Assembly (NCBI GenBank): GCA_024707075.1
Contig: JANQAK010000005.1
Span: 101,362 to 165,361 of the forward strand
DNA from: Afipia sp.
GTDB lineage: Bacteria > Pseudomonadota > Alphaproteobacteria > Rhizobiales > Xanthobacteraceae
DNA: 64,000 nt
Direction: 5' to 3'
Shown here: positions 59,197-64,000 of the stretch, one piece after another
How the letters are laid out: each line of letters opens with the position of its first letter
How positions within the stretch are numbered: position 1 is the stretch's first letter
The notes under the pieces: generated by a model
The model's input: only the letters and a program-made list of their open reading frames with translations
What the model was told of the DNA's origin: nothing
The model's database searches: none
Made by a program: the position numbers and the translations under genes

Positions 59197-60183
59197 ATGG
59201 CGGTCGATACTTCATCCATAACCAATGGGCTTGATTCCGCGCGCGCGCAAATCGCGGGCACGATCAGGAATGCCGCCAACGCGACCGGCGCGAGCTTCGA
59301 GTATCTGGTCTCGGCGGCGAAGATCGAATCCAATCTCAACCCGAAGGCGCAGGCCTCCACATCCTCGGCGCGGGGACTCTACCAGTTCATCGAGCAGACC
59401 TGGCTCGGCACGGTAAAAGAGGCGGGCGCGACATTCGGTTTTGGCAAATATGCCGACGCCATCTCGAAATCATCGTCGGGCAGCTACTCGGTCAGCGATC
59501 CGTCCACGCGCGACGAGATCCTCAAGCTGCGCGACGACCCTGCCGCCAACGCCGCCATGGCAGGCGTGCTGACGCAATCCAACAGCTTCAAGCTGACCGG
59601 CGCGATCGGCCGCCGCCCGACCGACGGCGAACTCTACATCGCGCATTTCATGGGCGTCGGCGGCGCTTCAAAACTGATCTCGAAGGCCGAGGACAGTCCG
59701 AACGCCTCCGGTCCGGCGCTGTTTCCGAGCGCCGCCGCGGCCAACCGCTCGATCTTCTACAATCGCGATGGCAGCGCCCGCAGCGTGTCGCAGGTCTATT
59801 CGGTGCTGACATCGCGTTACGACGCTGCCGCGAATTCACAGACGGCGCGCACGGCGATGGCTGCCGCGGGCGTCACGCCGGGACAATCGCGCGTGGCGGC
59901 AATGCCCGCCGATAATGCCGCCTATCTTTCGCATTTCCCGCAGGCTCAGACTCCTATCGCTGCCCCCATGCAGGTCGCCTCGGCGCAAACATCGAGCGAG
60001 CCGGTGTTCCGCTCGCTGTTCCAGACCGGAGACCGGGCCGAACCGGTCTCGACCACTGTGCGCGAATTGTGGGGCAACAGGGCATCGCCGACGGCACCGG
60101 CCGCGCCGGGCGGCGCTGCCAGGACGGATACCCCGCAGGGCCTCGGACTGTTCAGCGACTCCACCGGCGTGTTCAGCGGGTAG
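59197..60183 (+). CDS. Lytic transglycosylase (SLT-like)
   Basis: AKIES, SSARGLYQF, LYIAHFMG. Confidence 0.88.
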   Translation: MAVDTSSITNGLDSARAQIAGTIRNAANATGASFEYLVSAAKIESNLNPKAQASTSSARGLYQFIEQTWLGTVKEAGATFGFGKYADAISKSSSGSYSVSDPSTRDEILKLRDDPAANAAMAGVLTQSNSFKLTGAIGRRPTDGELYIAHFMGVGGASKLISKAEDSPNASGPALFPSAAAANRSIFYNRDGSARSVSQVYSVLTSRYDAAANSQTARTAMAAAGVTPGQSRVAAMPADNAAYLSHFPQAQTPIAAPMQVASAQTSSEPVFRSLFQTGDRAEPVSTTVRELWGNRASPTAPAAPGGAARTDTPQGLGLFSDSTGVFSG

Positions 60184-60376
60184 GGCTGCGCGCATCCCCG
60201 GAGCGTCATGCGCGGGCCGCTCGCCTCTGCGCTCTTAAAATCCATCATTTGGTGCATTCCTTCACCTCCCCCTTTCAGGGGAGGGAGTCGATTGAGTTCA
60301 ACGCGTTCGCATGCGGCCGTCGAATCCGACTATAAGTTTTTGTTTCAGTTTGCGAACTTTCTCGGGGCAACCCACC

Positions 60377-61102
60377 TTGATCTATGTCTTCGTTCTTACC
60401 GTCGGCCTCATCGCAGGCGTCCTCAGCGGCATCGTGGGCACCGGCTCCTCGATCATGCTGCTGCCGGTGCTGGCCTATGCCTTCGGGCCGAAGCAGGCGG
60501 TGCCGATCATGGCTATCGCGGCAATCATGGCGAACCTGTCGCGCATCATGGCGTGGTGGCGCGAGGTCGACTGGCGCGCTGTCGCCGCGTATTCCATTCC
60601 CGGCGTGCCCGCGGCGGCGCTCGGCGCGCGGACGCTGCTGGTGCTGCCGTCGCACACGGTCGACATCGCCATCGGCGTGTTTCTGATTTCGATGATTCCG
60701 CTGCGGCGCTGGCTTGCCGTGCGCAACTTCACATTGCCGCTGTGGTCGATGGCTGTGGTGGGTGCGGTCGCCGGTTATCTCACCGGCATCGTCGCCTCGA
60801 CCGGACCGATGACGGTGCCGATCTTCATGTCTTATGGCCTCGTGAAGGGGGCGCTGCTCGGCACTGAAGCCGCCAGTTCGCTCTTAGTCTATATCAGCAA
60901 GGCCATCACGTTCCGGCGCTTCGATGCGATGCCGTTCGATGTTCTGCTGAAAGGCCTGATCGCCGGATCGTCGCTGTTTGCCGGGGCATTCGTCGCCAAG
61001 CGTTTCGTGCTGCGGCTCGATCCCGAGTCATTCCGTCTGCTGATGGATGGTCTGATGCTGGTCGCGGGCCTGTCGATGCTCTGGAGTGCATTTCAAGGCT
61101 GA
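60377..61102 (+). CDS. TauE/SafE family membrane protein
   Basis: GIVGTGSSIMLLP...GIVASTGP duplicated halves. Confidence 0.88.
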   Translation: MIYVFVLTVGLIAGVLSGIVGTGSSIMLLPVLAYAFGPKQAVPIMAIAAIMANLSRIMAWWREVDWRAVAAYSIPGVPAAALGARTLLVLPSHTVDIAIGVFLISMIPLRRWLAVRNFTLPLWSMAVVGAVAGYLTGIVASTGPMTVPIFMSYGLVKGALLGTEAASSLLVYISKAITFRRFDAMPFDVLLKGLIAGSSLFAGAFVAKRFVLRLDPESFRLLMDGLMLVAGLSMLWSAFQG

Positions 61103-61339
61103 GGTTTTGATTCAGCTTTGAATCGCATGTCCTTGGTGCGACTCACGTTGGCTGTGAATCCTTTGCATGAAGTTTTGCGGATTCCGCACTGACTGGGCCG
61201 ATGCCGCGAAGTTAACAAAACCTCAATAACCGCAAGCGGTTATGGTGAACGTTTTCTTAAGTGTCATGGTTTACGTTTTCTGACAGTGGCGTCGCGTCGC
61301 GTCGCGGTGCCTTGGCATGTTGCGTAAGCCGGAACACCC

Positions 61340-62698
61340 ATGATCGTTCGGCAGTTTATTACCTGGGTTCGTACCGCTCCCGCAGGGGAGCGCGCAGAGG
61401 CGACGCGGTGTCTGGCGCGCGCCTGGCTCGTTTCCGATCTGTCCGAAGACGATCGCGCCGCCGCGGAAGGCGCGCTGCTGATGCTGCTCGACGATGCGTC
61501 GCCGCTGGTCCGGCAGGCGATGGCCGAGGTGTTTGCCCACGCCGTCGATGCGCCGCCCGCGATTATCGCCGCACTGGCTATCGATCAGGCCTCGGTGGCC
61601 GTGCCGATCCTCGAACATTCACCGCTGCTGCTCGACGCTGATCTGGTGGACATTGTTGCAACCGGAAATTCCGAGACGCAATGCGCCATCGCACGCCGCT
61701 CCGATCTGCCTGCCTCGGTCTGCGCTGCGATTGCGGAAGTGGGATGTGCCTCGGCCACGCTCGAACTGATCGAAAATCCGGTTGCCGAACTGGTGCCGTT
61801 CTCACTGACCCGCATCGCCGACCGGCACGGGCATCTCGCGGCCATCCGCGAAGCGCTGCTGATGCTGAACGATCTGCCGGCCGCGATCCGGCTGATGCTG
61901 GCGGAAAAACTCTCCAATACGCTGACGCAGTTCGTTGCGGGTCGCGCGTGGCTGAACCCGGATCGCGCGCTGCGTGTCGCCGGCGAAGCGATGGAGCGCT
62001 CCACGGTCAACATCGCGGCGCAAACGCGCGGCGAGGACATGACCGCGCTCATCCAGCATCTGCGCTCGGTCGGGCAACTCAACACCGGTTTGATCCCGCG
62101 CGCGCTGCTGTCAGGCAATATCGAATTGTTCGAGGAATCGCTGGTGGAACTGTCCGGCCTGCCGCGCAGCCGGGTCGCGGCGATCGTGCACGATCGCGGC
62201 GGCATCAGTCTGAAAGCGCTGCTTGCGAAAGCGGGTCTGCCGGAATCGACGCATTCGGCCTTCCGCGCCGCACTCGAAGCCAGCCACGAGATCGGATTTG
62301 TCGGCACCGTCGCCGGTGCGACGCGGCTGCGCCGCCGCATGGTCGAGCGCGTGCTGACCCATTGCGAAACCGCGGAGACGGTGGCCGAGCCGCTGCTGAT
62401 CCTGCTGCGGCGGTTTGCGACGGAATCCGCGCGCGAGGAAGCGCGTCTATATTGCGACGAACTTGCCGCCGATGATTTCATCGATACATTGAACGCCCAT
62501 GCCGCCTTCGAGCAGGTGGACGACTACGAGGATGCGTATCAGGACTATGCAGAAGCCGATGACTACGTAGCGACCGATGAATACGCGCAGGCCGATGAGT
62601 ATGCAGAGGTTGACCATTACGCAGAGGCGATTGCGTACGTCGAACGCAGCTACCGTGAAAACGACTACGGTTATGACGACCGGCTGATCGCGGCGTAG
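61340..62698 (+). CDS. DUF2336-like protein with acidic Tyr-repeat tail
   Basis: LLDDASPLVR, SPLLLDADLVD, QCAIARR; C-terminal D/E-Y-A repeats. Confidence 0.8.
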   Translation: MIVRQFITWVRTAPAGERAEATRCLARAWLVSDLSEDDRAAAEGALLMLLDDASPLVRQAMAEVFAHAVDAPPAIIAALAIDQASVAVPILEHSPLLLDADLVDIVATGNSETQCAIARRSDLPASVCAAIAEVGCASATLELIENPVAELVPFSLTRIADRHGHLAAIREALLMLNDLPAAIRLMLAEKLSNTLTQFVAGRAWLNPDRALRVAGEAMERSTVNIAAQTRGEDMTALIQHLRSVGQLNTGLIPRALLSGNIELFEESLVELSGLPRSRVAAIVHDRGGISLKALLAKAGLPESTHSAFRAALEASHEIGFVGTVAGATRLRRRMVERVLTHCETAETVAEPLLILLRRFATESAREEARLYCDELAADDFIDTLNAHAAFEQVDDYEDAYQDYAEADDYVATDEYAQADEYAEVDHYAEAIAYVERSYRENDYGYDDRLIAA

Positions 62699-62737
62699 TG
62701 TTTCAATAATCGACGCATTTATTCAAAAATTATGAAT

Positions 62738-62888
62738 CGTCATCCTGAGGTGCTAGCCGCGTTTGCAGCGAGCCTCGAAGGATGACCGATCAGAATAACG
62801 CCGTCGCCCTTCGAGGCCCATAGCCGTTCGAAGAACGGCGTTCTTTCGAACGCCTATTGCTTCGCTACGGCACCTCAGGGTGACGGCG
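62738..62888. repeat. REP-like palindromic intergenic repeat (family A')
   Basis: CGTCATCCTGAGGTG...GAGCCTCGAAGGATGAC...GCTACGGCACCTCAGGGTGACGG. Confidence 0.8.
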
Positions 62889-62918
62889 AGCTAGGACCGG
62901 GACGACATTGCGGGTGTG

Positions 62919-63500
62919 TCAGCTTTCCGGCACGATGCTCGGCGCAAGCACCGCTTCGAGATGCTCGGGCCGGTCGCGGTTGGCGTGGATGAGGAATTCG
63001 TCTGCCACGCCGCGCAGGCGCTTGCTCAACTCGTCCGCCATGCCGAGGGCGTCGATCCGGGACTGTTCCCGGAAGATGGCCAGGATGGCGTTGACATGAT
63101 GCAGGACCAGTTCGCCCGGCACCTTTGCGAGATCCGGTGCGTGTTCGATGATCCGGCACAGGCTTTCCGCAGCGGCGGCAGCGGTAGGATAGCCGAACGT
63201 CGCGGCGCCGCCCTTGATGTCATGGGCTGCGCGGAACAGCTCTTCATGATTCTGGCCGTTCAGTCCGTCGCGCTGGATCGTTGCATAGGCCGCGCTTAAC
63301 CGTTCGCATTCGACGTGCATCCAGTCCTTGAACTCGCCGGACAGGCCGGCCAGAGCCTGCTCGGCCCGTGCGATGGGATCGTCGATCTTTTCGTTGTCCT
63401 CGGCGTATCGCACCACCTTCCGCAGCGGATTGGGCTGCGAGATGACCTGATGGTCCGCGAAGGTGTCGACCTTGATGTCTGCGGGCGGCTTGCGGGCCAT
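62919..63500 (-). CDS. Hpt (histidine phosphotransfer) domain protein
   Basis: LFRAAHDIKGGAATFGY. Confidence 0.88.
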   Translation of the reverse strand: MARKPPADIKVDTFADHQVISQPNPLRKVVRYAEDNEKIDDPIARAEQALAGLSGEFKDWMHVECERLSAAYATIQRDGLNGQNHEELFRAAHDIKGGAATFGYPTAAAAAESLCRIIEHAPDLAKVPGELVLHHVNAILAIFREQSRIDALGMADELSKRLRGVADEFLIHANRDRPEHLEAVLAPSIVPES

Positions 63501-63508
63501 GATCTGTC

Positions 63509-64000
63509 CTAGCTTCCCGAACGGGCTTTTTCGAGCAGCGAGGGCTGCTGCATGATTTCAGCCTTGCCGCCCACGCGGCGTTCGACACCGATATACGCAG
63601 CGTTGGTGTTGCGGCGGCGATCCGGCCCGAAATAGTTCTTGGTCTTGATGAAGGGACGGGGATTGGCCACGACGTTGAGGATGCGCTGATAAAGCCCCTT
63701 GGCGGAGATCGGCTTGGCGAGGAATTCGGTGACGCCGGCGTCGCGCGCCACCATGACGCGGCGCTTCTCGGAATGGCCGGTCAGCATGATGATGGGGGCG
63801 TAGGGATTGCCCGCGCCTTCCGGCTGCCGGATCATCTGCGCAAGCTCCAGCCCGTCGAAAATCGGCATCGACCAGTCGGTGATGACGATGTCCGGAACGT
63901 AGTGGGAGTACATTTCGAGGGCGGTGGCGCCATCCTCGGCCTCGTAGACTTCGCGCGCGCCGAACGAATGCAGCAGCGTGCGCAGGATGCGTCGCATATG
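63509..64000 (-). CDS. Response regulator receiver protein (5' end outside window)
   Basis: DIVITDW, DGLEL, PIIMLT, FLAKP. Confidence 0.92.
   Translation of the reverse strand, partial: HMRRILRTLLHSFGAREVYEAEDGATALEMYSHYVPDIVITDWSMPIFDGLELAQMIRQPEGAGNPYAPIIMLTGHSEKRRVMVARDAGVTEFLAKPISAKGLYQRILNVVANPRPFIKTKNYFGPDRRRNTNAAYIGVERRVGGKAEIMQQPSLLEKARSGS

Noticed and set aside
1-64000. CRISPR array or cas genes
   Set aside because: No regularly spaced direct repeats with unique spacers and no Cas motifs seen

Overview
High-GC alphaproteobacterial DNA; gene content, REP-like repeats and CtrA boxes point to a Nitrobacteraceae/Bradyrhizobiaceae-like host (inference). Bases 1 to ~31,295 are the right part of a visibly lower-GC genomic island ending in a displaced 3' half of tRNA-Leu(UAA) (attR-like, 31238-31295); the left junction and integrase are not in the window. 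The island carries defence-type genes (UvrD helicase + PD-(D/E)xK nuclease, PaeR7I/XhoI-type RM pair, HEPN and ApeA-like proteins, a Fic toxin-antitoxin-nuclease triplet), a conjugation leading-region cassette, a cluster of uncharacterised exported proteins, and two MobQ relaxase/oriT/VirD4-type modules with no mating-pore genes in view. The most striking feature is a complete second tRNA-Leu(UAA) gene (26325-26635) split in the anticodon by a 224-nt ORF-less group I intron of the cyanobacterial/plastid trnL type. The intron lies inside the 13-bp core shared with the att site, and the tRNA runs directly into two HEPN genes. From ~31.7 kb on is ordinary core chromosome (cysE, thrS, yidD, folE, hisI, PAS-GGDEF-EAL, PilZ, etc.) with REP-like repeats and several CtrA boxes. 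Many genes, including core genes, have single-base indels, mostly in short runs, so most frameshifts may be assembly errors. All family calls come from motif recognition, not database searches.
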